Position numbers and translations under genes: made by a program. A stretch of DNA of 64,000 bases. Origin: Octopus vulgaris (Eukaryota). The DNA lies in the NCBI GenBank assembly GCA_951406725.2, contig OX597842.1, forward strand, positions 7,564,001 to 7,628,000. Reading direction: 5' to 3'. Numbering within the stretch: the first letter of the stretch is position 1; every line of letters begins with the position of its first letter. Below the pieces are notes generated by a model, which ran no database searches, was not told the origin of the DNA, and worked only from the letters and a program-made list of their open reading frames with translations. Shown here piece by piece: positions 25,156 through 38,455 of the stretch.

Positions 25156-25376
25156 CCCTTTCGTTACTGTATTTATTTTGAGATGTTCTGTGTTTCTTTC
25201 CATTAATTTTAAATATAACAAAAAATTTAGTAAAATAACTTAGTTATCATTAAGTTAGTGTTAGGAACATAAATTGTGACTAAGGTTTGGTGGAAGATTT
25301 TAATTCAAAACTTATGAAAACTTGACATTTATACTCAGAGCCAGAACCGGTTTCAGTCGGGTTGGTAACAAAAGGG
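25156..25376. mobile_element. piggyBac-like MITE
   Basis: TTAA|CCCTTTCGTTAC...GTAACAAAAGGG|TTAA; other copies at about 24440-25124 (split by a SINE), 33477-33698 and 33722-33941. Confidence 0.75.
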
Positions 25377-25531
25377 TTAAGGCAGTGCTGTGCTTTGGGA
25401 GTTATGGCATGTATTTCTATTTCTAGACATACACACATGTGAGTGTATGTTTGTTATGGAGGGGCTGATCAACAAGGCTGGACAAGGAAATGTGGTGTTG
25501 GGGACAGAGGTAGAGGCCATAATGTACTCAC

Positions 25532-25646
25532 AGTCAATGTGTAGGGCACCTTTTTGGCATCTGATTCCAAGACATCGCTTTCTTCGGTGCCGGTTTCTGG
25601 GCTTGTGGGTGTTGTGTCTACGAATGTTTCATCGACAACTCGGAAT
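25532..25646 (-). CDS. POLR3H: RPC8 coding exon 6
   Basis: (R)FRVVDETFVDTTPTSPETGTEESDVLESDAKKVPYTLT; 115 nt, AG/GT, phase 2 to 0. Confidence 0.95.
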
Positions 25647-27383
25647 CTAAAAGACAGAGGAGGAGAAAGAAGAGGGGGAGAGATACATTGAGAGACATGC
25701 ATACTTAAAAGAAAAGAGGAAAAAGGGGAGAGTAAAAGCAGGAAGGAGAGTAAGAGCGGGAAGGAGAGAGAAAGAAAGGAGCAGCAATGGTTACTTTGGT
25801 CACAATGATGATGATGATAATTATGGTGATGACGGCAATGATAAGATGATGGTGATGATAGAGGTGGTGATGACAATGATAATGGTGATTATGACAATGA
25901 TGATGATGATGATGACCATGGTAATGATAACCCTAATTCATACTAATATTTGCACAAGGCCTGCAATGTTTAGTTAGGGAAGGGATAGCCAATTACTGCT
26001 ACCCTAGTAACTTACTTTTACTGACCACCACCCCTCCACCAAAATGATGATCAACAAAAGCTGACCTCAGTGAGATTTGAACTCAGACCCTAGAGCCACA
26101 TCTTAGCAGCAAGCTGCGGCAGTCAAACATAAAGGTTGTTTCTACTGTCCTTGAAGCATTGGGTTCAATACTTATTTCTTTACTACCCACAAGGGGCTAA
26201 ACACAGAGAGGACGAACAAGGACAGACAAACGGATTAAGTCGATTATATTGACCCCAGTACGTAACTGGTATTTATTTAATCAACCTCGGCGGAATTTGA
26301 AATCAGAACGTAGCGGCAGAGGAAATGCCACGAAGCATTTCACCCAGCATGCTAACAATTCTGCCAGCTTTCCACCTTTATTGGGCTCAATACCTGCCAA
26401 CCTGAAAAACATCTGAACACTTTAGAAATACTCTACAATCTTAGTGAGTTGTTTTACTTGAAACTGCATGCATACTACATAAAGTACTTTGTGTCTGAGG
26501 CCCTTATCATGACTCAACAGAAGATACAAATCTCTGGTACACACAATATCTTCAATCTACAACATCACAACATCATGAGCACCATCCGAGCGTGATCATT
26601 GCCAAAGCGGCTAACTGGCTTCTGTGCCTGTGGCATGTAAAAAGCACCATTCAAGTGTGATCATTACCAGCATCGCCTTACAGGCAACTGTGCCGATGGC
26701 ATGTGTAAAGAAACATTTGAGCAAGGTCGTTGCCAGTGCCACTTGACTGTGCAGGTAGCACATAAAAAATACCATTTGAGCATGGCCATTGCCAGTACCG
26801 CCAGACTGGCCCTCATGCCGGTGGCACGTAAAAGCACCCACTACACCCTCAGACTGGAGCCTGGTGCAACCATCTGGTTTGCCAGACCTCAGTCAAATCG
26901 TCCAACCCATGCCAGCATGGAAAGCTGATGTTAAACGATGATGATTATGATGATACTATTTCACATTTTGGCACAAGGCTAGCAATTTCAGGGAAAGGGG
27001 TAAGTCAATTACATTGACCCCAGAGCTCAACTGGTACTTATTTTATCAATCCTGAAAGGATGAAAAGCAAAGTCAACCTCAACAGAATCTGAATGTAGAA
27101 CATAAAGATTGCCGAAATATGCTAAGCATTTCACCTGGCGTGCCAACAATTCTACCAGCTCAGAATAATAATGGTTCAAATTTTGCCACAAAGGCAGCAA
27201 TTTTGGGGGAAGGAACAAGTCAATTACATCAACCCCAGTGTTGAATTGGTATTTATTTTCTCAACCCCGAAAGGATGAAGGATAAAGCCAACTTTGGTGG
27301 AATTTGAACTCAGAACATAGCAACAGGCAAAATACCACTAAGTACTTCATCCAGTGTGCTAATAATTCTGCCAGCTCACTGCC

Positions 27384-27385
<2 letters not shown>

Positions 27386-27434
<49 letters not shown>

Positions 27435-27445
27435 TTAATAATAAT

Positions 27446-27497
<52 letters not shown>

Positions 27498-28112
27498 TTA
27501 ATAATAATATTAATAATAATAATAATAATAATAAATGCCCTGATGCAGTACCAGGCAGTGGCTCTCATGGCTTCTGATCTTAACTGATTGGAAGTGTTAT
27601 CATGTACATTGTTTTGTCTTGGTATAAAAGATGGGCTACAGCAAATATTCTGCTCAATACCACAGATTTGCTTGTCAGTTGTTTGACCGTAATCAGTTGA
27701 GCATGTCCCTTAGTGGCTGACGATATGTGCATCTCTGATCACGAGCAGAAGTAGTGGGGGAGCATCATGGCCATGTGTTGAGAGGGATTCTTTGGAGTTT
27801 GAATGGTTCACCTCTGGAAACAGGTGTTTCGTTCAACATCCTAAAGCAACCCTTATTCAGGGACCGTTTGAGCAGGATGGGCTACTCAACCTGAAGAAAA
27901 TTCTAACTGGGCCCCACCTGCAAGGTCATGTGCTGTTTATCTTGATATGAGATCACCATGTCGCGCACATATGGTTGTGATGCATGTGCCTGGTGTACCC
28001 TTATCAGACGGGTAGTCATGATGGGTATATTGGGCTTCGTATATTTTACCCCAGTGTCACTTTGATGGCATGAACTGCTCTCTCACTCAATAATAATAAT
28101 AATAATAATAAT
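27386..28112. mobile_element. ~555 bp element (27535-28088) embedded in an (AAT)n array
   Basis: (AAT)n on both sides; partial inverted copy at about 3828-3985. Confidence 0.6.
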
Positions 28113-28811
28113 CCTTTCTACCATAGGCACAAGGCCTGAAATTTGTTGGGAAGGGACTAGTGGATTAGATCGACCCCAGTATTTCACTGGTACTTAATTT
28201 ATCGAGCCCTAAATGATGAAAGGCAAAGTTGACCCTAGAATGTAGTAACAGACAAAATACCACGAAGCATTTCGACCAGCATGCAAACAACTCTGTCAGC
28301 TTGCCACCATAATAATAATAATAATAATGCGTATAGATGAGGATAGGTGCATAAAGAAGTGTCGAGTTCTAATTGTGGAAGGGGTAGACCCAGGAAGATG
28401 TGGTGAGAAAGGATCTTTGGACACCAGGCCTCACTGAGGAAATGACAAGGGCCCGAGAGATGTGACGATCTGCAGTATTTGATAAAATGCATCAAGCTGA
28501 GTAAAATCGGTGTCTTTCAGGCACGGGTGCTGTGTAAGTACACCCATGCTGGTGACACATAAGAAGCACCCAGCACCCTTTGTTAAGAGGTTGGCATCAG
28601 GAAGGGCATCCAGCCATAGAAACCATGCCACAACAGACAATTTGAGTTTGGACAGCTCCTTGCTATCCAGTGCCATGTCAAACTGTCCAACCTATGACAG
28701 CAGACGTTAAACAATAATAGTAATGATGGTCACCACCATCATCATCATTATTTAATGTCTGTTTTCCAGGTTGGCATGGATTGGATGGTGTAACTAAAAA
28801 CTGGGAAAAGG

Positions 28812-29650
28812 CTTCCATGCCGGTGGTATGTAAAAAGCACCAACCGATCATGACCGTTGCCAGCCTCCTCTGGCCCCTGTACCAGTGGTATGTCAAAAGC
28901 ACCAACCGATCATGACCGTTGCCAGCCTCCTCTGGCCCATGCCATTAGTACGTAAAAAGCACCAACTGATCGTGGCCATTGCCAGCCTCCTCTGGCCCCT
29001 GTGCCGGTGGTACATAAAAAGCACCAACCGATCGTGGCCATTGCCAGCCTCCTCTGGCCCCTGTGCCATTAGTACATAAAAAGCACCAACCGATCGTGGC
29101 CATTGCCAGCTTCCTCTGGCCCCTCTGCCAGCGGTACGTTAAAAGCACCAACCGATTGTGGCCGTTGCCAGCCTCCTCTGGCCCCTCTGCCGGTGGTACG
29201 TCAAAAGCACCAACCGATTGTGGCCGTTGCCAGCCTCCTCTGGCCCCTCTGCTGGTGGTACGTCAAAAGCACCAACCGATTGTGGCCGTTGCCAGCCTCC
29301 TCTGGCCCCTGTGCCGGTGGTACGTCAAAAGCACCAACCGATTGTGGCCGCTGCCAGCCTCCTCTGGCCCCTCTGCCGGTGGTATGTAAAAAGCACCAAC
29401 CGATCATGGCCATTGCCAGCCTCCTCTGGCCCCTCTGCCGGTGGTATGTAAAAAGCACCAACCGATTGTGGCCGTTGCCAGCCTCCTCTGGCCCCTGTGC
29501 CAGTGGTACATAAAAAGCACTAACCGATTGTGGCCGTTGCCAGCCTCCTCTGGCCCCTGTGCCGGTGGTACGTCAAAAGCACCAACCGATTGTGGCCATT
29601 GCCAGCCCCTTCTGGCCTCTGTGCCAATGGCACATAAAAAGCACCGACTA
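28812..29650. repeat. 60 bp minisatellite (about 14 copies) expanded inside a SINE
   Basis: Unit AAAAGCACCAACCGATTGTGGCCGTTGCCAGCCTCCTCTGGCCCCTGTGCCGGTGGTACGT, followed by the SINE tail ending in (GAT)n near 29810. Confidence 0.9.
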
Positions 29651-29934
29651 CACTCTCGGAGTGGTTGGCGTAAGAAAGGAGATCCGGCTGTAGAAACACT
29701 GCCAGATCAGACTGGAGCCTGGTACAGCCTCCTGGTTTCCCAGACCCCGGTTGAACCGTCCAACTCGTGCTAGCATGGAAATGGATGTTAAACGATGATG
29801 ATGATGATGGTAATGATGATAACAATAGCGATAATGATGACTGCTATTAAGAACAGCAATGATGATATGATAACGATCATGATGAAGGCAGTGATAATGA
29901 TAACTAATTCAGACATATAAGCAGTGACTGATAC

Positions 29935-30021
29935 CTGATTTCTTCACCAATGTCCATAAACAAATCGTGCTTTTCGTCTTCTGCCTCGTACAACCACACC
30001 CACAGCTGCTCCTGTTCATCG
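29935..30021 (-). CDS. POLR3H: RPC8 coding exon 5
   Basis: (F)[28 protein letters not shown](R); 87 nt. Confidence 0.95.
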
Positions 30022-31250
30022 CTACACAGTAAACAATTGAGTCAAGGGTTCAAACACAACCTTGTGACATAACAGCAAAGGGTACTGTGTAAATCACACA
30101 TCACTATCTCTGTTTTACCTCTGGGGAAAAACTGGATCGGTCCACCCGACATGAAGAGCTAGAATCTAACGGTTTGGTCTTTAATCTCCACCCAAGACTA
30201 TAGAAACGGAGAGACTAGGGTTCTCCCTCAACTGTAAGATGACCCTAAACATTAGTTTTCTGATAGTAATCAGAATTAATGTACTTCCCTGTGAATTATT
30301 ACTGATTATACAGAATATTTTGCTCTTTAAAGCACCATCCGTTCGTGGCCATTGCCAGCCCCGCCTGACCCCGTGCTGGTGGCACGTAAAAAGCACCATC
30401 CGTCCATGGCCGTTTGCCCGCTCCGTCTGGCACCTGTGCCGGTGGCACGTAAAAAGCACCCACTACACTCACGGAGTAGTTGGCGTTAGGAAGGGCATCC
30501 AGCCATAGAAACACTGCCAGATCAGACTGGGCCTGATGCAGCCTTCTGGCTTCACACCCCAGTTGAACCGTCCAACCCATGCTAACATGGAAAGCGGACG
30601 CTAAATGATGATGATGATGATGATGATACATATATATATATATAAACACACATACACATATCTTTTACTCGTTTCAGTCATTTGACTGTGGCCATGCTGG
30701 AGCACCGCCTTTAGTCGAGCAAATCCACCCTAGGACTTATTCTTTGTAAGCCTAGTACTTATTCTATCAGTCTCTTTTGCCAAACTGCTAAGTTACAGGG
30801 ACGTAAACACACCAGTATCAGTTGTCAAGCGATGTTGGAGGGACAAGAACAGACACACAAACACACATATATATGACAGGCTTCTTTCAGTTTCCGTCTA
30901 CCGATCCACTCACAAGGCTTTGGTTGGCCTGAGGCTATAGTAGAAGACACTTGCTCAAGGTGCCACGCAGTGAGATTGAACCCGGAACCATGTGGTTGGT
31001 AAGCAAGCTACTTACCAAACACACATATACATACACAGACATGTATATGTGTGTGTGTGTGCATATTTTTGTGTGTCTGTGTGTTTGTCCCCCCACCATC
31101 GCTTGACAACTGATATTGGTGTGTTTACATCCCTGTAACTTAGCAATTCAGCAAAAGAAATTGATAGAATAAGTACTAGGGTTGATTTGTTCAACTAAAG
31201 GCAGTGCACCAGTATGGCCACAGTCAAAATAACTCAAACAAATAAAAGTG

Positions 31251-31282
<32 letters not shown>

Positions 31283-32710
31283 AACACATACATACATGCA
31301 CATATACATACACATATTTTTTATTTGTTTCAGTCACAGGATTGTGGCCATACTGGGGCACTGCATGGCAAAGCTTAGTCAAACTGATCCCATTACCTAC
31401 TCTATTGGTCTCTTTTGCTGAACCACTAAGTTATGGGGATGTAAGCAAACCAGCACCAGCTGGTAAAGAACAAACTCACAGACACACAAACAACAGGCTT
31501 CTTTAAGTTTCCATCAACCAAATCCACTCACAAGAATTTGGTTAACCTAGGGTTATAGTAGAAAACATTTGCAGGCATGGCTGTGTGGTTAAACATGCTT
31601 GCCAGCCAGTCATGTAATCTATGGTTCAGTCCCCCTGTATGGCACCTTGCATCGTGAGCAAGTGTTTTCTACTATAACTGCATACTGACAAACCCTTGTG
31701 AGTGGATTTAGGTGACAGAAACTGAAAGCAGCCCATTGTGTGTGTGTATAGTGGCTGTGTGGTAAGTAGCTTGTTTACCAACCACATGGTTCCAGGTTCA
31801 GTCCCACTTAGGCAAATGTCTTCTACTACAGCCTCAGGCCGACCAAAGCCTTGTGAGTGGATTTGGTAGACGGAAACTGAAAGAAGCCTGTCGTATATAT
31901 ATATATATATGCATGTGTATATGTTTGTGTGTCTGTGTTTATCCCCCTAGCATTGCTTGACAACCGATGCTCGTGTGTTTACGTCCCCGTCACTTAGCGG
32001 TTCGGCAAAAGAGACCAATAGAATAAGTACTGGGGTTACAAAGAATAAGTCCCGGGGTCGAGTTGCTCGATTAAAGGCAGTGCTCCAGCATGGCTGCAGT
32101 CAAATGACTGAAACAAGTAAAGAGAGAGGCGTTAAAAGGCATCGCTTTGCTTTGAACAGTTGAAAATGAGTCTGGACCAATGCATTGCTTCAAATGGAAA
32201 ATACTTTGAAGACAATAAATGTGTAAACATGTAAAACTAGGCAAAGAAAATAATGCTGCAAAATTCTGGTTTCTTTTGGGTAGCCTCCTCATGTGTGCGT
32301 GTGTGCTTGTGTTTGTCTCCCACCACTGCTTAAGAGCTAGTGTTAGTGTGTTAATGCCCCCATAATTTGGTAATTTTGTAAAAGACCGACAGACTAAATA
32401 CCAGGCCTAAAAATAGGTACTGATGTAGATTTGTTCAACTAAACTCTTCAAAGAAGTGCTCCAGCATGGCCTTAGTTCAATAGCTGAAACAAGTGAAAGT
32501 TAAAGGCAATGTATTTCAATAGAAATATGGTAACAAAAGGGTTAACCTCACAAACTAGCCCTCGGCTGCTTTTAGTGGAGTTCCCAATTGCTAACATTCA
32601 GGTGAGACCTCTGGTTTCAGGATAATTTCTTCACTCCCTCCCCTTCAAGAGTCTTGGAGCCCTATGTACGGTAAAGAGTCATGGATGGTTAGAGTTCGGT
32701 GAAAGGATAC
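30022..32710 (-). other. POLR3H: U12-type GT-AG intron (POLR3H intron 4)
   Basis: 5' splice site GTATCCTTT (32710-32702); branch-site-like CCCTTGAC (about 30047-30040) close to the TAG acceptor; no polypyrimidine tract. Confidence 0.85.
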
Positions 32711-32774
32711 AATCTGGAAGGGTGCTGTAGGGCATCACTTGGAATCAGGATGTCATCAAAAAACCCCAGGGAAA
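32711..32774 (-). CDS. POLR3H: RPC8 coding exon 4
   Basis: (V)SLGFFDDILIPSDALQHPSR(F); 64 nt. Confidence 0.95.
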
Positions 32775-32849
32775 CTGAAATGAGAGTAAATGAGAGGATG
32801 AAGATTGAACCACTGGAATGATTGATAGGAATGGTGAGAAGATTTGCTT

Positions 32850-33440
32850 TTGTTTAACCCCAGGTCAATCCTCATCCAGTAGACATGTGATCAAAGATGT
32901 TCGAGCTGTGATCATCTTTTCTTTGATTCAAGCATAGTGTATCAAGGACTACATTATCTGTGTAGTATAATAGTTAGTATTAGTGTCTATAGTTGTTGTT
33001 GTTGCTGCTTAGCCCCAGGTCAGTTCTGATCCAGAAGACCTATGATCAAAGGTGTTCCAACTGTGACCACCCTATCTTTGACTTAGGCATAATGTATCTA
33101 GGACTGCATTGTCTAATGTATAATACAGCAGTTAGTAATAGTACTTATAGTAGTTGTTGATATTTAGCCCAAGGTCAGACCTGAGATCAAAGATGTTTCA
33201 GTAGTGACCATCCTTTCTTAAAAGTGGAATGGTCACAGCTGGAACATCTTTGATCATAAGTCTGCTGGATCAGGACTGACCTGGGGCTAAACAATTATTG
33301 GTTATGGGGCTAAACTACCATAACCAATAATATTATACCATACTGTAGTCCTACACAATGAATTAAAAAATAAAATAGTCAAGGGTTGTATGTCTTTGAT
33401 CAAATGTCTGCTGGATCAGGACCCTTCTAGGGTTAAACCA
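32850..33440. repeat. Second array of the ~150 bp satellite, with an orientation switch near 33218
   Basis: About 2.5 plus-strand units, then reverse-complement units (GGTCACAGCTGG...CTGACCTGGGGCTAAAC). Confidence 0.75.
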
Positions 33441-34496
33441 CATTCAAATTCTATTCATTAATCCTTTAGCATTTAACCCTTTCATTACTGTATTTATTTT
33501 GAGATGCTCTGTGTTTCTTTCAATTACTTTAAATATAACAAAGAATTTAGTAAAATAACTTAGTTATCATTCAGTTAGTGTTAGGAACACAAGTTGAGAC
33601 TAGGGTTTGGTGGAAGATTTTAATTCAAAACTTATGAAATCAAGACATTTGTACAACAGAGCCAGAAGTGGTTTCAGTCAGGTTGATATCAAAAGGGCTA
33701 AAAATATCATGGTGACTTGAACCCTTTTGTTACTGTATTTCTATTGAGATGCTCTGTGTTTCTTTCAATTACTTTAAATATAACAAAGAATTTAGTAAAA
33801 TAACTTAGTCATCATTAAGCTAGAATTAGGAACATAAATTGTGACTAAGGTTTGGTGGAAGATTTTAATTCAGAACTTATGAAATCAAGACATTTGTACT
33901 CAGAGCCAAAGGCAGTTTCAGCCGGGTTGGTAACGAAAGGGTTAAACTGGCCAGATCTAGCTGTACAGTTGCCCTAAAATATCAGACTAAAAATTAACAG
34001 TTGCACCATCATAATCTCAAAGCTATAAGATAATGCATGATTAATTCAAAACAATGTAAATAAATAAGCATCACATTTGATAGAGTGATGAGAGGTCTGA
34101 ATGCTAAAGAGTTAAACTGGTCATATCTGGCCAAAATATTCTACCAGTTTTTATGTTAAAACTGGCCAGATCCAGCCCCGCACACCTACCCTAAAATGTC
34201 ATTCTAGAAAAGAAACAATCACCTCGGAATCCCAAAGCTATGAGATAATGCAAGATTAATTCAAAACTATGTGGATAAATAAGGATTACTTTTGACAGAA
34301 TAATGTGACGGCTAAAGAGTTAAATCGACCGTATCCAGCCCAAATATTCAATTAGGTTTATGTTCAAACGAGCCAGATCTGACCTCTCCCATAAATCCTA
34401 CAATGTCATTCTAATGTTTAACAGTTGACTCATAAAAATCTCAAAGCTATGAGATAATACACGATTAATTCAGAACAAGTCATCATCATCATCATG

Positions 34497-35080
34497 TTAG
34501 TTAGTTAGTTCATTTTTTGGCTCAAAAAGCAAAAAGCAAGGCCATGTAGGGGGACATGGAGTTATGTACAGGGAGGATGTTCATGCAAAGAGTTCAGGCC
34601 ATTTGTGGTCAAGGGAGGCTTTGAACAGAGCGGTCGTCGGCATCTTCACCATCTTGTCTGGCAGCTTATTCCACGGATCCGCAACCCAGACAGAGAAAGC
34701 CCCTCTCCTTCAATTGAGATGAAATTGTCGCAGATAGAGCTTTTTGGAATGACCCCGCAGCCGACGCTCTGGAGCAGGAGTGAAGAACAGCTCTTTCGAG
34801 AGGTTACACTTTCCGCTTATGATGTTGTGAGCGAGAATGAGATCTCCACGGTGTCGTCGTTTTTCTAGAGAATAAAGGTCAAGCGTCTTCAGCCTTTCTT
34901 CATTAGACAAATTCTTGAGACCAAGAACCATGTGGGTAGCCAGCTTCTGGACACTTTCGAGATGCTGTATATCTTTGAGGAGATAAGGAGAAGAGGCTTG
35001 AATCCCGTACTCCAATATGGGTCTCACCAGCGTGACATAGAGCAGTAGGAATATGGCTGCTGTGAGCATTCCGAATGACC
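34497..35080 (-). mobile_element. CR1-group LINE 3' fragment with (TAAC)n tail
   Basis: LYVTLVRPILEYG...LESVQKLAT...EERLKTLDLYSLEKRRHRGDLI. Confidence 0.85.
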
Positions 35081-35484
35081 GTCTTAACGTCTGCTTTCCA
35101 TGCTAACATGGGTTGGATGATTTGACTGAGGACTGGTGAACCAGATGGCTGCACCAGGCTCCAATCTTGATCTGGCAGAGTTTCTACAGCTGGATGCCCT
35201 TCCTAATGCCAACCACTCCGAGAGTGGAGTGGGTGTTTTTACGTACCACCGGCACGAGGGCCAGTCAGGTGGTACTGGCAACGGCCAAGCCCCAATTTTT
35301 TTTTTTTCATGTGCCACCTGCACACCGGCACAAGTGCCAGTAAAGCGACGCTGGTAACAATAATCACACTTGGATGGTGCTCTTAGTGCTCCACTAGCAC
35401 GGATGCCAATATTTGAGAGCAGAGTAATCTGAATGCTAAAGGGTTAAATTTATTCCAAAACCCAGAAAGAACACCAGACATTAC

Positions 35485-35571
35485 CTTGCACTCCGTCTTT
35501 ACTGCTGCCTTTGATTTTCCCAACGAGGATTTCATCCATGTAAGGTCGGAACACAACATACCGGAAATGGA
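35485..35571 (-). CDS. POLR3H: RPC8 coding exon 3
   Basis: (V)[28 protein letters not shown]; 87 nt, AG/GT. Confidence 0.95.
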
Positions 35572-35658
35572 CTGCAAAGAAAAACAGAGAAAATAACAAA
35601 CAGGAAAAGTATTTGAAAAAATATCAAAATAATATCGTTAATAAAATCACTTGGAAAA

Positions 35659-35782
35659 GTGAACAGGTCGCGGTCTTAAAGCGAGGAAAATATTTTGACA
35701 AATAAAATTTATATGTTGAAGTAAATCTAACAGATTTTGTGTGTTTCTTAAATGGCTTATAAACACCTTCAATGCTGCAATT
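35659..35782 (+). mobile_element. Fragment of the G3-C8 hammerhead-bearing element (family of 59070-59305)
   Basis: GTGAACA-g-gtcgc-ggtcttaaa-gcgag-GAAA-atat-TT-tgacaa, followed by sequence complementary to 59130-59215. Confidence 0.6.
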
Positions 35783-36107
35783 ATTATTATTATTTTTTTG
35801 TATTAATCACTGTATTAATCACTGGTGATGCTGGAAGATTTAGTCAAACATTATCATCCAGTTATTTGCTCAGAATTAAATACCTATTTTAGTGAAATCA
35901 GACAATTTTTTTTTGTAAAATTAATATTTCATTCATATCTTTGAAAATGTTTATTGTTTTGTGTTCCAAATTTGTATAATGTTTGCATGTATAATATATT
36001 TTATTCAGTATAAATTTCGTTTGATTTCCTTTAATATTATCAGAGTAATGGCAATTTTGAGTGTACATACTTCTGTGAGATACAGTGTGTATGTGTGTGT
36101 GTGTATG

Positions 36108-36147
<40 letters not shown>

Positions 36148-36190
36148 CACACACTAGCAATGCACCCTGGTGTTGCCTGGGTGTTGTGAC

Positions 36191-36772
36191 TAGGCCTCGA
36201 AACCGGTTTTATATTATGATCAGTAAAACCGAAACAGATTTGCCAAAACCGATTTTAATGCTTGCTGTTTCTTTTTTTTTTTTTTTCACAAAACATTTCT
36301 CCATTTTTTTTTCTTTTGAAGAAATATTGTTGAAACTGAACTAACTGAGCTGTTGTCGGTCACCTTTAGTTGAGAGTGCTATCTGTTTCATTGCAACATA
36401 TCAATTCTCACCTTCCCTCCCTTTGAACCTTAGATCAGCACCTTGTCATCTCCTTCGCTAGGTAACAGAGTTTATTTATAGCAAGCAAAGGGGATGCTGT
36501 TAGTCTTCAGTCAGGTGATCTTTCCCGTTGAGCATATGTAATAACCAGTTCCAGATTCATTTCAAGGAAGTAACACTAACTAAATTTTTTCTTAATTATT
36601 TTCATTAGGCACAGGAGTGGCTGTGTGGTAAGTAGCTTGCTTACCAACCACACGGTTCCGGGTTCAGTCCCACAGCGTAGCACCTTGGGCAAGTGTCTTC
36701 TACTGTAGCCTCGGGCTGACCAAAGCCTTGTGAGTGGATTTGGTAGACGGAAACTGAAAGAAGCCCGTCGTA

Positions 36773-36812
<40 letters not shown>

Positions 36813-38345
36813 TGTGTGTGTTTGTGTGTCTGTGTTTGTCCCCCTAGCATTGCTTGACAACCGATGCTGGTGTGTTTATGTCCCCGTAACTTAGCGGTTC
36901 GGCAAAAGAGACCGATAGAATAAGTACTGGGCTTACAAAGAATAAGTCCCGTGGTCGATTTGCTCGACTAAAGGTGGTGCTCCAGCATGGCCACAGTCCA
37001 TGACTGAAACAAGTAAAATAGTAAAAAGAATAGTAAATAGCTCTAGCATGATAAAAAGAGAATCAACTGTTTGGAATTTTTTCGATAGGAAAAACAAAGA
37101 TGAAGCTCAATGCAATAAAGTGTGATAAGATCATGAAGTCTTCTGGAGGATCTACTACGTCTCTGATCTTGCACTTGAAGAAAATTCATCAAATCAACAT
37201 AAATCAAGATACAAACCAGCCTCCTGTGAAAATGACAAGAACAATGGAACACATTTTAACGAAGAAATCAATGGAAGAAGAAGTTTCAAAGTTAGCTGCT
37301 ATGGATGGATTCTCTTTCAATTCAATCACCAAAAGCGATTTTATACAGAGAAATCTTCACAGTCAGAGAGGCAAATATGATAAATTACAACCAACATCTG
37401 CAAACGGAGTCAGGAATATGGTAAAGAATAATTACATAACCAAGAAAGAAGAACTTATTCATTATTTCGAAAAATAAGTAGGGCTGGGGATTCGCTACTC
37501 ATTGACATTGGATTCAAAATAAACATCAATTCAAAATAAACAATATATGAACATAAATGGTCATGGGAAAGACAATCATTGGTCGTTGGGTCTTATTGAG
37601 ATCCATGGCTCCCTTAATAGCAGGAGAAGAGAGCAATTTGTGAGAGGACATCTTCGTGAATTTGGATTGGATTTGGATATACACATTGTTGGCTGTACGA
37701 CGGATGATGCTTCTATGATGGTGAAATTCAGAAAAGAAATAAGACCTGATCACCAACAATGTCTCACACATTGCATACATCTGCCTGTGATTGACATTCT
37801 CTATAAAAAAAATATTGAAAATATTGCCTCAACCGATGAGACTGATAAAAGAAGTGAAGAGATCACTATAACAGACGATAGTGATTTTGAAGCTGACATA
37901 AGCCAACAAGACATACTTTTTCAAACAGATTTGACTCATGAAAATGCTTGTTTTCCCCAGCTAAAACCTGAATTTAATGAAGTTTTAAATAAGGTAAGAA
38001 AAATTTCAAAACTTTTCCGTAAATCTCCTACAAAAAATGAAATTTTGCAAGATTTTGTACGAGCGAACTTTGATAACAGAGAATATAAACTTATACTGGA
38101 TTGCAGAACTTGGTGGAATAGCACATTCCATATGATTGAGAGATTTCTGAAATTGAAAAGTTGCATTCCAAATGCTCTACAAGCAGTACCTTCCACAGAT
38201 GCCGAAGCTGATGAAGAATGGAAATCTCTCAATTTACTATACGAAATTCTGCATCCAGTAGAAATTATTTTGAAAGCTATTTGCGCTGATGATTCGGGTT
38301 TACTGAAAGCGGAATATTCTATAGAATTTTTATTGCTAAATGAAG
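36191..38345 (+). mobile_element. Degraded hAT (Ac/ZBED-like) transposon in POLR3H intron 2, split by a SINE
   Basis: TAGG terminus with AAACCG subterminal repeats; BED finger KCDKIMKSSGGSTTSLILHLKKIH; CxxHxxHL and RTWWNSTFHMIERF motifs; frameshifts and stops. Confidence 0.8.
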
Positions 38346-38358
38346 AAATATTTCTTAC

Positions 38359-38455
38359 CAACTGTGTGTGAAGCCCCATCACCTGGGAACAGGAAGCTGT
38401 CTTTGATCTCTTTCAGGTCCCATAATGCAATGCACAGACCTACATTGTGTACGAC
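38359..38455 (-). CDS. POLR3H: RPC8 coding exon 2
   Basis: [32 protein letters not shown]; 97 nt. Confidence 0.95.

Noticed and set aside
28812-29650. Regular 60-bp array as CRISPR
   Set aside because: No unique spacers, no cas genes, eukaryotic context; it is a SINE-internal minisatellite. The same applies to the 45-, 107- and 150-bp arrays.
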